The position numbers and the translations under genes are program-made. Under the pieces are notes generated by a model. It made no database searches and was not told where the DNA came from. It saw only the letters and a program-made list of their open reading frames with translations. Shown here in pieces: positions 53,089 to 64,000 of a stretch of 64,000 nt of DNA (position 1 is the first letter of the stretch; each line of letters begins with the position of its first letter). The stretch is from Balanoglossus misakiensis. Lineage: Eukaryota > Animalia > Hemichordata. The stretch is taken from positions 8,461,678-8,525,677 of the forward strand of contig CM082597.2 of NCBI GenBank assembly GCA_040954595.2, read 5' to 3'.

Positions 53089-55299
53089 ACAAGAGAGCTC
53101 GAAAATTGCCAGATCCGCAGGCTATTCAAAAAACGGCCAAAGCCAATAATAACGTTTTCACTGGGTCCCTCGGTGCTTCATCGAATCTCGGCGAAAGTTC
53201 GGTACAGAGACTCAAGCGACTAGACGGGGATTTTTCAGAGCAAAAATGGACCGACCAAACTGTAGACACGACCTTCACGGTGCGCCCTCTATCTCACATA
53301 CGTTATTAGACCAAACCATGGTGGAGAAAGGGTTAAAACAACTTAGCCTCATCAGATCCTAATGTGTGTAGCTTCTGTTTTTTTAATCCATTTTAGTTTT
53401 TGAGCCAAGGAAGGATCTCATGTGATGTGTTGACTGTACATAATCAGTGAGTACTGGGTATGAGAACTGACTGATGTTTACTTAATCCACTTAATCCGTG
53501 GATGAAGCACACAGATTAAGTCGTTAGCAGGTGCTTAATGGGAAATTCGATAGCTAGTATTCTGGATTAGCAACTGATAAGGACAGGTTGGGGTAACACA
53601 GAAAAATAAACAAGCACAGAGACTGTTCAGCAAGTACTGTTTATTGGGCGAAAAATGCAGATAAAAACTCCGCCATTTATAACTTTAATGTTTGCATCCT
53701 CCTGTGCCATCAGGATGCTTAGCAAATACACTGACTTCTGACATCATCTAAAGGGCAATGATCGCCTAAAACACTGTGACTTCTGATCGTCTTATGCGTA
53801 AATGCCAAACCAGAGACTCTGGTTACAAAAATTGTACACAGTCAATGAAGGCAGTAGCTGTCCTAATAAGCCAAATCCCATTAACTACACAGTAAGAACA
53901 AGTTTAGTGCATTTCCGAAAATTTTCATGAAGGCAACTCCATTGAATTTTTTTTGCCGGTCAAAATAGCGCCCTCAGTGGTGATTTTGATGAAATGAAAG
54001 CCGAAATATTACGGCTATTTGTCCAGATCATCAGTTCAGGTCTCATATAATGCCACTTATGTGGCAAACTCAAAATGCAGCTAATAGTTTATAAACATAT
54101 GCTGTTTGTTTTTGTCTTAAAGAATCTAGTGCTAGCAGGCAAAAGTTTTATAATGTACGAAAATTGTCTTATGCGTAGTGCCAAACCAGGACCCTGTTTA
54201 CAAAAATGGTATACAGTCAAAGCCATAAGGCAGTGTGCTGTCCTCACAACAGACAAGATGGCGGCATCCAGAGTCTGTGTATGAGATCGGGAGAAGACAG
54301 CAAATTGGATGAAAAGAAGAGACAAAACTAAAGTTAACTTATACGGTGCCCATGAAATGTGGAAGGAAGCGAAGGCAGTCCACTATTTGAATGCGTCAAA
54401 CGCAAAATCTGCAGAACAATGTGGATTCTTGGATGTAAAGTTTGTACACACAAAATTACTCATATGCGCATAAGACGATTGTCGGCCTTTATAGCAACTT
54501 GAGACATTTAGCAAACACAATATATAACCTAGAGTGATGATAGGTATTTACATATTTAAAAATCACTATCATTAACATCAGAGCATTGCCTGTCATAAAG
54601 TAATAATAATAGTGAGGGCTTATGTGGTGCATGTATCCACAATTGTGCAGAATGCGCTTAACAGTTATATATTATTTACAGCCCCATCTCTCCGCTCAAT
54701 GATTTTATCTATTATTAAGTTTTGGAACCAGGGTGTGGATGCTGGTAATATTGAATGGAGAAATATTACATATGGAAGGGGTGGGTGGGCGGGCTTTCCG
54801 GAAATCCTTGGAGACTCAAATCCTTAACTATCCCCCGTTATGTCACTTCTGTTGTTCCATTAGTTTCCACTTTGTCATCCCTTACGTCTTGATTGAGGAA
54901 ATGAGCACCGGCCACGTTGATTTCTGGCTTATATAGGCATGCTCATGAATATGCATTACTTATTAGCATAATATGGATGGTTATTGCTGCGTGATGGGCT
55001 GTGAATTATATATTATTTACAGCCCCATCCCTCCGCTCAATGATTTTATCTATTATTAAGTATTGGAACCAGGGTGTGGATGCTGTCCATCTCGCCTTTG
55101 TCGCCCTTCCCTTAAAATCCCCATTAAAATCTCCCAATCTTCCCATTCCTCATTCCCAACACTTAAACATACATCCAGAGACACCGTATTGCATGATAGT
55201 TTTTTTATTCAAGTTGAGCTACACTGCTGACATTGGGTCCAAAGGCTATGTTATATCCCAATAATTCATTGGTTCCTTCATACCAATCTGTGCCCAGTG

Positions 55300-56507
55300 G
55301 GCTGTCTACTATCTCCTGCATCTTGTTTGCTGGTGCTGCAACCCGTGATATAGCGGCTAATCTTGTGTAATGGTTCGCAGTACCCTATGTTCTCCAACCA
55401 ACATGGCTCATTACATCCTTCATGTCAGCTCCAGCCAGCGAGAGTGTGACTGCGCATGCGCTCCTACAGCCATGTGTCTCACCTTCATCCATTTTTAACT
55501 CTTGGAGATATGTTTTCAACCGTTGGTTGGCTACCTGGGAGGATAGCAGTTTTTGCTGTATTTCCCCAGCAGGTGTAGTTGGCCGAAACATATATCCAGT
55601 GGTAAGATCTATCCCTATCTCCTTTGCCAACGACACATAGCTCTCCAAGGTATTGACAGGGCACATACTAACATTCTGGCAGCGCTTAAGAGCAAACATG
55701 TTGGATGATGCACCTCTCAAAGTTTTGCCATAGGTGTGGCTGAGTTGCCAGGAAACCGCAATATCTCTTGGGTTTTCAGTTGACCAGGGTCACCTGCCCT
55801 ATCACCAGAGAAAAATAGTAATTTGAATAACGCCAGGTCCCTAGCGTATATGTATATTTGTGACGGGGATGTGGCTTCTTTTAACTTCGCTAACAGATAT
55901 TCAAACACTTTCGTCATTTTTGTAGGAAGATGGGTTTGGCCAGTTTAGATGTTACATGCCCGTTCGCCTGTTCTTCAGACATTTTCTTCATGTACCGATG
56001 TACCATAACCGAGTTGGCTGAGCTCCTAGCCCGTTTTTCTCCGTGTACAGCCTGGAAGTATGATGGCAATTTTGATACCATATTTTTAACTGTCCCAAAT
56101 CTCAAACGTTGGGGGCACATACATGGCTTGTGACCGGATTGCCCTAGAAACTGGTAGGTGATGTAATGTACCTGGGTGTTTGCATCCTTATCCTTATATT
56201 TAAGAAAACGTACAATATTATCTGGGTTTGCCATCAATACAGGTTTTGGTATCGGTAATGTGGACAGAAACTTTTCAAATTGCTGGACCAACCTATCTTT
56301 TTGAACCTCATATGGTGATCGTTCGCCCAGCAATTCTTGCATGCGTTGATCAATGGCTTGCATGTTTGGTATTATATCACCTTGTCGTACTCTGTTTTCC
56401 ATCAGTTTGGAGTTGCACATAACACAACATTGACTTTCCCTGGGGTTACTAGTTCCACATATCCAACATACCTGCAGGTGCAATCGGGTTGAGTACGGGT
56501 AAGTCAA
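55300..56507 (-). pseudogene. Tyrosine recombinase of the DIRS-order element, frameshifted, with an N-terminal C4 zinc finger
   Basis: RDLALFKLLFFSGDRAGD (catalytic R), THGCRSACA (HxxR), VMSHVGW and a downstream Tyr. The N-terminus has CWICGTSN..CCVMC. Confidence 0.85.
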
Positions 56508-56745
56508 CGAGTAAACAAAATGTATTTATCTAATTGTTCAATTTATTTATTTGATCAATATTTATCATGATACTTTATTATTACATATGTGCGCACACAC
56601 CTCTTTCTATATGTATGCAAAGTTATATACTTATTACCCGGGTTATAACCCTTATTATTGTATCACATTCACTAAAACTATGTTATTTCCCCGATCCTTT
56701 AAATGTGACAACAAGTAAATCACATGGGAGAGGATGGTCGACATA

Positions 56746-58050
56746 TCAATTCTTTGAAGGCGCCTTAATTATACCCTTATCTCCTCTGCTTCCCAGTGTG
56801 ATTATCCCACTCGCCTTCTGCTTCACCATTGGCCAATATGACTGTAGAAAACGTTGCCTGGGTATGATTACTGTGGCCATCAAATTATTATCAACAATAT
56901 GTTTTAATACTGGGTGCACCATTACAAATGGCGGGCACACATATATTCTCTCGTTTGTATCAAAGCAGTGCTGGAAGAAATTAACACCCTCACTACCTGT
57001 CTGGGGAAAGGGGGAGACGAACCTCGGTAGCAGAGAGTTGCAACGATTGGCCATTGCGTCAATATGATGTGGACCAAATGTTGCATCCAACTGTTTCCAC
57101 GTCTTAGGGAACAAAGTGCAATTCGCTAACGACGTATCTTTAGAGGGCGCATCGGCCTCATTGTCGTTAGATGGCACATGAATGAGGGAGAGGCGGATAT
57201 TGTGGTCAAAACAGAACAGGAAAATTCTCTTAAGAATTTCATTAAGGTGTAGTGAGCGAGCACCTGGGAGACCATTATTCCACGCTTGTACTACTGGCAA
57301 GGCGTCAATTAAAAGATCGACCCGGCTATCATTTATGTGCTCGCATAGAGTAGTGAGGGCACGTGATATCGCGTCTGCCTCCTTCCTAATAATTGGTTGC
57401 TCTTTCCACGCATCTGCCCACATATCTCCGATCACCAATCCCCTGCCATTTAAATACAATATTGCACCCCATCTAAAGGAGCTTGCATCTGTGAACAACT
57501 TTATACCCATGTGTTTCTCTTTGGGCCAACTAAACTGACCGGATTTATCTACAATTAATTTCCATTCATTTAATTCTTCCCTCAATTGCCCAGTGATGTT
57601 AATCAGGGTTCTTGCATGGAACTGCGCTCGACCAATGTCATACGCCATGTGTCTAATATATAACCTGGCACATGGGATTTCCAAAGCAAACGAAATACAT
57701 TTACCCATAATTTTCTGCAACATTTGTATTGTGACTGCTCTTTGGCATAATGCTCCGTTAACTAAATCTATAATTTTACCTTTCTTATTCTCGGGGATGG
57801 AAAACGATTGTGCCACGGAATCAACTGTGAGGCCCAACATAACGAGGGATTGTACAGGCGACATTACGCTTTTCTCAATAGCAATAAAGTAACCTGCTGC
57901 TATACACACACTATACATGATATACGCTGCTGCTTGGGCGCGTTTATACTCGTCCCAATCATTTGTATTTTCCGATGGTAATTTCAAGACTCCACCATGC
58001 TTATCATCAATGTATTGGATACATGGTACTCCAAGTGATCTTATATAACT
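56746..58050 (-). pseudogene. RT (partial), RNase H and Dam-like methyltransferase ORF of the DIRS-order element
   Basis: ORF 56746-57987. MT motifs: IDAMANRCNSLLPRFVS and IYVCPPF. Confidence 0.9.
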
Positions 58051-58059
58051 ATAAGTACA

Positions 58060-59032
58060 GACCTGGTGTAAGTCAAAAAACTTACTTTTAATATTGACAA
58101 AATAAACTATGTTATTTTCAAAACAACCCAGGCGAAGTTTAAGCCTGAGGGGGATTTATATATCTCTGATTTACCAATACAAAATGTTTCATCTGCTGTT
58201 TATCTTGGAGTTACTCATGACTCATCATTATCCTGGAAGTCTCACCTCAACATAATTTTAAAGAAGGTTCGCCAAAAAATCGGTATTATTTCATATGTAC
58301 GCCATTATCTCCCTAAGTCTATAATTTTATTATTATACAATTGTCTTATCCTTCCCCATATAATGTATTGTATCGAATTATGGGGAAATGCGTATAAAAC
58401 CTATTACGATTGTATTTTCAAATTGCAAAAGAGACTTGTGAGACTTATAACATTTTCTAGCCCAAATACACATGTACACAAAGTGCACCACTTTTTCAGC
58501 AACTTGGAATTCTTAATGTTTACAAACTCTGTAAATTTCAAACTTGTGTTTTGCGTGTGATCTAAAGGCAGGGCATTATGCCCACTCACTAGATCGCTAT
58601 GCTTCATTTGTATCACACAAATATTTTACAAGATTTGCCTCTTCTGATAAGTTTACGCTTCCCAAAGTAAAACTTACTTCATCTCAAAATGATTTATACT
58701 ATTCTATTGCCAAGCATTTGAATGAAATTCCTACACATATAAAATCAATTTAATCAAGGAATTTATTTAAAAGCTCTCTGAAAATGTATCTGTAGAGCAT
58801 AGATTAATTTAACCTCTGTTATAAACCTATTTACTTTGTCACCGCGTTGTTTGACTACCAACTATTGCTTTGTGATATGAATTGGCAATTATATTAATCG
58901 TTTCAATGATTTGTATGTATTTAGGGCGAGGGACACGACTAGTTCCACTAGAACTACTTCCCTGGTCCACACCAGTTACGTCAAATGCATCTATCTGGTG
59001 AAATAAACTATCTACCTATCTATCTATCTATC
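58060..59032 (+). mobile_element. 3' fragment of an L2/CR1-group LINE with aataaa and a (CTAT)n tail
   Basis: YLGVTHDSSLSWKSHL..LYNCLILPHIMYCIELWGN..LQKRLVRLI. Tail tatctacctatctatctatctatc at about 59009-59032. Confidence 0.85.
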
Positions 59033-59470
59033 TTCCATGTGAAAGTTGAAATCACCAAGTATAAGTAATTTTCCAGGCGAAACGACAACGCACTCCAGTA
59101 ACGACGTGAATTCGCTGAAGAATGCTGTGGGTGTTGAACCATTTTTCCTTGACTGTGGTGGACGATAAACAACTATCATGTGGATCATTTCAGACTTTAC
59201 TTGAATACGTAAATCTTTTATTCAAAAGATGAGAAACTATAGTTTGTTGAAACATTGGTGGTTAGATTTATCCGCACAATTACTGCCACTCCGCCACCTC
59301 TACGAGATGCACCAGGAGAGTTGTAGATATTATAACCAATCAACGATGACCGAAGTTCATCATAGTCAAATGCTGTTTTGAGTCACTCAGCCAAGATTCC
59401 CTTACTACAAGGATATCGGTCATCTTCTCATGAATAATAGAACATACAGCTGGTATTTTGTTGTTCAATG
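59033..59470 (-). mobile_element. APE-endonuclease fragment of another LINE
   Basis: Reverse strand reads [36 protein letters not shown], with frameshifts. Confidence 0.8.
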
Positions 59471-60879
59471 TTTCATGAAAACAATTACAGTACCATTTAC
59501 ATGAGAAGCTGTAACAATATTATTAGGACCCGCATTTTTCAAAGGCTGGGCATTACAATAATTTCATTTGACGTGTTGTCGACCCACGAATAGTTCCCCC
59601 CCCCCCCCCCCCGAAGATCATGAAAAAACAACTCATTTACGGTATTTTTGAAAAGCTGCCCATCCATAGGCTAATGTGATTTGGTTATGGTAATCAATAT
59701 TACATGCAAAAAAACTTTTCACCATTTTCTGATGAAAAAACCCTCCATTGTGGACTTCTCTCATAGATGAAAGGTCATCATTAACTCCCAAGTAGTATCA
59801 TAATTAATGCATGTTGATGCGTTTGTTGTTAGCTTTCACAGAGAGCAAAGAGTCTCTTCACATTTCGAGCAGGGGTGAGTATATCCATTTTGAATCTACT
59901 CTGTCCCCATATCAGTAAATAAAATAATTTAGTCGTCCTGCAACCTGGTTTCGTGGTCCCGCTTTTGCCCCATTTTTAATTAGAATATATGTAGAATTTT
60001 GAGTAAACACTTGCGAAATTGTCGTTTTTTTTTAAATTTTTACAACAGGTTTTGATAAAGCTGTTCAGATACCTTCAACATATGAAAAATATCACTGTAT
60101 TGGAAAAGTCGACCAATGAAATTATCACATTAGAGATGATCATAAATTGAAGTGTTATATTCTTTCCGATTTCTGCCTACACTTCCCATCTGCAGCTAGA
60201 CAAGCTGCGTTTGAGATCTCCGAATGTATGACTGTATTGTATGGCTTTATGTCATCAGTGAGACTGAGCTTATATTGTTTGGAAAGTAAAATTATTTTCA
60301 ATCTAACCAAAAACTTCATCAGAGTATTATTTTAACGGGCTGATAAATGTGACGCATATCAATGGAGACACACACACAGAGTATAATGCATTTCCTTAAA
60401 GCCCGTTTTTCTTGTGTTTATCCCTTTTTCATCATCGAAAATTACCCATTTTTCCCGTACATTTATCATGGAATACTACATAATGAAGATATAAGAAACA
60501 TTTGGGCAACTGTAGCTACATGCAAGCCGTAAATATTGCCCGAAACACTTCAGGGGTATGAGGCAGGGCCAGTGACGTGCATGACGATAGACGTAGATTT
60601 GGAAGCAAAGCGGACAGAAAATGGCTAGATACTAGACTACCTAAATTGTTCAGAACCCGTCAATGAAAACAAGACAATATTCATCAACAACGGATTTTAA
60701 TAATAATAATGCAAAACAAAATAAGTACATAAAACAGATCAAAAAACTACGGTACACAAAAAAGACAAAGGATAGAGATTAGGACGAAAAAGAAAGCAAG
60801 GCTGCGGAGTTGAAATCCGTTTAACAGATGCATTTACACTGGTGTTTCTCAAGTGTTCCATTTTTCAATGCAATACAAT

Positions 60880-61460
60880 ATTCGACTTCTGTTACCATGT
60901 TCATGTAATTGTGTCATACAAGTCTCTGAGGGTTGTTAAAATGACTAACATATATATTTTTGGCAAGAATAAGTAGATGTACCATATCTATACTAATTTA
61001 AGCCCACCGATCATAAACTTTTCAGAGCTTCTTAAACTAGAAGTAAAAATAACAATTTCAGATGCAAAAAAAAAACGAAAATTGTGCGAAACGCACAATG
61101 ACTATGACGTCATTCTTCTACACTACGGTGGCCAAAAATATAACAAAATTGCACAGTACAAAAACCTTCCTATGCCAACTACCCTATATCTGTAAACCAA
61201 GTAATAGGAACAGCACATACTTTTTTGTTTGGCCACAAGTTGTATATCAATGTTAAAATCATCAAATAAATACAATATTCCCTCCAAAAAGCTTTCACAA
61301 CTGAGCAAAACCATAATCGATGTAATATAGAATCAGGGTATTCGGAACAGAAGTTACAAAGCTCGCTGTCAACTTTACCCAGTTTCTTCAAAACCTTGTT
61401 CTTGTAGATATTTCTGTGAAGATAAAATTGAAAACATTCTACATTTAGATTCGTATGGAA
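60880..61460 (-). mobile_element. 3' fragment of an L1/Tx1-like LINE (zf-RVT region)
   Basis: LKKLGKVDSELCNFCSEYPDSILHRLWFCSVVKAFW. Confidence 0.65.
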
Positions 61461-61519
61461 TCTAAATGTAGAATTATTGTAGTGGGTATGAAATATGGTA
61501 GTCTGTAGGAGTGTGGTAG

Positions 61520-62377
61520 TTTGTGTGTTTGGGGGTGCTTGTTTGTATGTATGGAGGTTGGTTGACGATGATGATTGTGATGATGATGATTGTGATAATG
61601 ATGATGATGATGATGATGATGATGGAGGTTTGTTTGTTTGTTTGTTTGTTTGAAGGTATGTATGGAGGTAAGGTGATGATGATAATGATGATTGTGATGA
61701 TAATTATGATGAAGATGATTGTGATGGATGGATAGAGGTTTGTTTGTTTGTTTGTTGGTTGGTATGTATGATGAAGATGATGATTGTTATGATGATTGTG
61801 ATGATGATGAAGATGAAGAAGATGAAGAAGATAAAGATGATGATGATTATGATGATGATGATTGATGATGAAAATGATGATGATAATGATGATGATGATG
61901 ATGATGATGATTGTGAGGATGATAATGAAGATGATGATTGTGATGATGATGAAGATATAGATAAAGATGAAGATGATGATGATGATGATGATGATAAAGA
62001 TGATGATGATGGATGAAGGTTTGTTTGTTGGTTGGTTTGTTTGTAGGTATGTATGGAGGTAAGGTGATGATGATGATGAAGATGATGATGATGATAATAA
62101 TGATGATTGTGATGATGATAATGAAGATGATGATGATTATGATGATGATGAAGATGAAGATGAAGATGATGATGATGATGATGAAGATGATTATGATGAT
62201 GATGATGAAGATGATGTTGATGATAATGATGATTGTGATGATGATGATTGTGATGATGATTGTGATGGTGATGAAGATGAAGAAGATGAAGAAGATAAAG
62301 ATGATGATGATTAAGATGATGTTGATGATAATGATGATTGTGATGATGATGAAGATGAAGAAGATGAAGAAGATAAA

Positions 62378-62410
<33 letters not shown>

Positions 62411-63489
62411 TGATGGTTTGTTGGTTGGTTGGTTTGTTTGTAGGTATGTATGGAGGTAAGGTGATGATTATGATGATGATGATGATGATGATGATTAAGA
62501 TGATGATGATGAAGATGATGATGAAGATGATGATGATGATGATTGTGAGGATGATAATGAAGCTGATGATTGTGATGATGATGAAGATAAAGATGAAGAT
62601 GATGATGATGATGAAGAGATGAAGATGATGATGATGGATGAAGGTTTGTTTGTTGGTTGGTTTGTAGGTATGTATGGAGGTAAGGTGATGATGATGATGA
62701 AGTTGATGATGAAGTTGATGATGAAGATGATGACGAAGAGGATGATGATGATGATAATGATTGTGATGATGATGATTGTGATGATGATTGTGATGATGAT
62801 GAAGATAAAGATGAAGATGATGATGATGATGAAGAAGATGAAGATGATGATGATGGATGAAGGTTTGTTTGTTGGTTGGTTTGTAGGTATGTATGGAGGT
62901 AAGGTGATGATGATGAAGATGATGATTAAGTTGATGATGAAGATGATGATGAAGAGGATGATGATGATGATAATGATTGTGATGATGATGATTGTGATGA
63001 TGATTGTGATGATGATGAAGATGATGATGATGAAGAAGAAGATGATGATGATGATGAAGATGAAGAAGATGATGATGATGATTGTGAGGATGATAATGAA
63101 GATGCTGATGATGGATGGAGGTTTTGTTTGATTGTTGTGTTTGTAGGTGATGTATGTAAGGAGGTAAGGTGATGATGATGATGAAGATGATGATGAAGTT
63201 GATGATGAAGATGATGAAGAGGATGATGATGATGATAATTATGATTGTGATGATGATGAAGATTGTGATGATGATGAAGATGAAGAAGATGATGGATGAA
63301 GGTTTGTTTGTTGGTTGGTTTGTTTGTAGGTATGTATGGAGGTAAGGTGATGATTATGATGAAGATGATGAAGATGATGATGAAGATGATGATAATGATG
63401 ATGATGATGATGATGTAGATGATGATTGTGATGATGATGAGATGATGATTGTGATAATAATGAAGATGAAGAAGATGAAGAAGATAAAG

Positions 63490-63529
<40 letters not shown>

Positions 63530-64000
63530 GATGATGATGATGATTGTGATGATGTTGATGAAATGATGATGATGATGATGATGAAAATGATGATGATGAT
63601 GATGAAGATGATAATGATGATGATGATGATGATGGATGGAGGTTTGTTTGTTTGTTGTTTGGTTTGTTTGTAGGTATGTATGGAGGTAAGGTGATGATGA
63701 TGAAGATGGAGATGATGAAGACTGTGATGATGATGAAGATTATAAGGAATGATGATGATATGAAGATGTGATGGTATTTGTTTGTTTGTTGTAGGTATGT
63801 ATGGGAGATGATAAGATGAAGAGATGGAGAAGATGAAGAAGATAAGATGATGATGATGTTGAAATGAGATGATGATGATGATGATGATGAAGATGAGATG
63901 ATGATGATGATGGATGATGGATGGAGGTTGGGTGGGGTGTTGTTTGTGGGTTTGTATGGAGGGAAGGGATGGTGATGATTGAGATGAGGAGGAGGTGGAG
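61520..64000 (+). repeat. Compound satellite: (GAT/GAA)n tracts punctuated by a recurring spacer of about 50 bp
   Basis: The spacer gg(a)ggtttgtttgttggttggtttgtaggtatgtatggaggtaaggt recurs about every 150-400 bp. The array runs off the window end. Confidence 0.95.

Larger units (their letters stand above)
49259..53301 (-). mobile_element. Full-length CR1-clade LINE, inactivated; (CTGAA)n tail; 8-bp TSD GTTATTAG
   Basis: ORF1 has a PHD finger. ORF2 has an APE endonuclease and RT (PGNYRPVSLTS, FLDFAKAFDKVPH, GVPQGSVLGP, KFADDTK, RTRGHAFKL). gttattag occurs at 49251-49258 and 53302-53309. Confidence 0.95.
49193..53332. mobile_element. Very small piggyBac-like MITE (TTAA TSD, CCC termini) split by the CR1 insertion
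   Basis: ttaa-ccctttcagcccca ... tggtggagaaaggg-ttaa. About 90 bp remain when the CR1 is removed. Confidence 0.65.
48883..53707. mobile_element. Degenerate foldback DNA element (arms about 48883-49085 and 53440-53707) hosting nested insertions
   Basis: gcacagggggttgcaaacattaaagttataaatggcggagtt.. is inverted at ..aactccgccatttataactttaatgtttgcatcctcctgtgc. Confidence 0.7.
54665..58050 (-). mobile_element. 5'-truncated tyrosine-recombinase retrotransposon (DIRS order, Ngaro/PAT-like split direct repeats)
   Basis: RT remnant (CIQYIDD near 58000), RNase H (LFTDASSFRWGA..KEADAI..DAL..NEADAPS), MT domain and a YR ORF. An 80-bp direct repeat lies at 54665-54744 and 55006-55085. Confidence 0.9.

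Noticed and set aside
56746-57200. Adenine methyltransferase motif as a bacterial horizontal transfer or defence gene
   Set aside because: It is the MT domain normally fused after RNase H in DIRS-order retrotransposons.
51312-57892. Plus-strand ORFs overlapping the CR1 and DIRS coding regions
   Set aside because: They are antisense shadows of the real minus-strand retroelement ORFs.
59842-60628. Possible small plus-strand exons (about 59842-59874, 60196-60230, 60556-60628) as a cytoplasmic tail of the propeller gene
   Set aside because: Splice signals are plausible, but I could not build one consistent phase chain and found no recognisable motif. RNA evidence is needed.
61523-63131. Met-rich and Asp-rich ORFs
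   Set aside because: They are translations of (GAT)n satellite in different frames, with frequent frame breaks and no splice context.

Overview
This window is eukaryotic, AT-rich, intron- and transposon-rich DNA, most consistent with an invertebrate animal (the taxon cannot be fixed from the sequence), and most short ORF-track entries are noise. The left half (1-33.3 kb) is a tandem cluster of a minus-strand multi-exon gene family. Copy C (22470-31132) splices into a protein of about 680-700 aa: hydrophobic N-terminus, two divergent C-type lectin domains (CTLDs), a polycystin-1/REJ-type GAIN region and a GPS motif (CLCNHL|TVF). It stops 18 residues after the predicted cleavage site, with no transmembrane, PLAT or channel part. 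Copies A (1010-4000) and B (8116-18973, transposon-disrupted) contain only the leader and two-CTLD exons within this window, and scrambled paralog fragments lie between the copies. The right half holds a lone terminal exon resembling TMEM192, a plus-strand beta-propeller single-pass membrane gene with a nonsense codon, a 732-bp tandem array, a full-length decayed CR1 LINE nested in two DNA elements, a 5'-truncated tyrosine-recombinase (DIRS/Ngaro-type) retrotransposon, other LINE fragments and a terminal (GAT)n satellite. Exon coordinates were read by hand from GT/AG signals and phase continuity. Family assignments come from motif recognition, not database searches.
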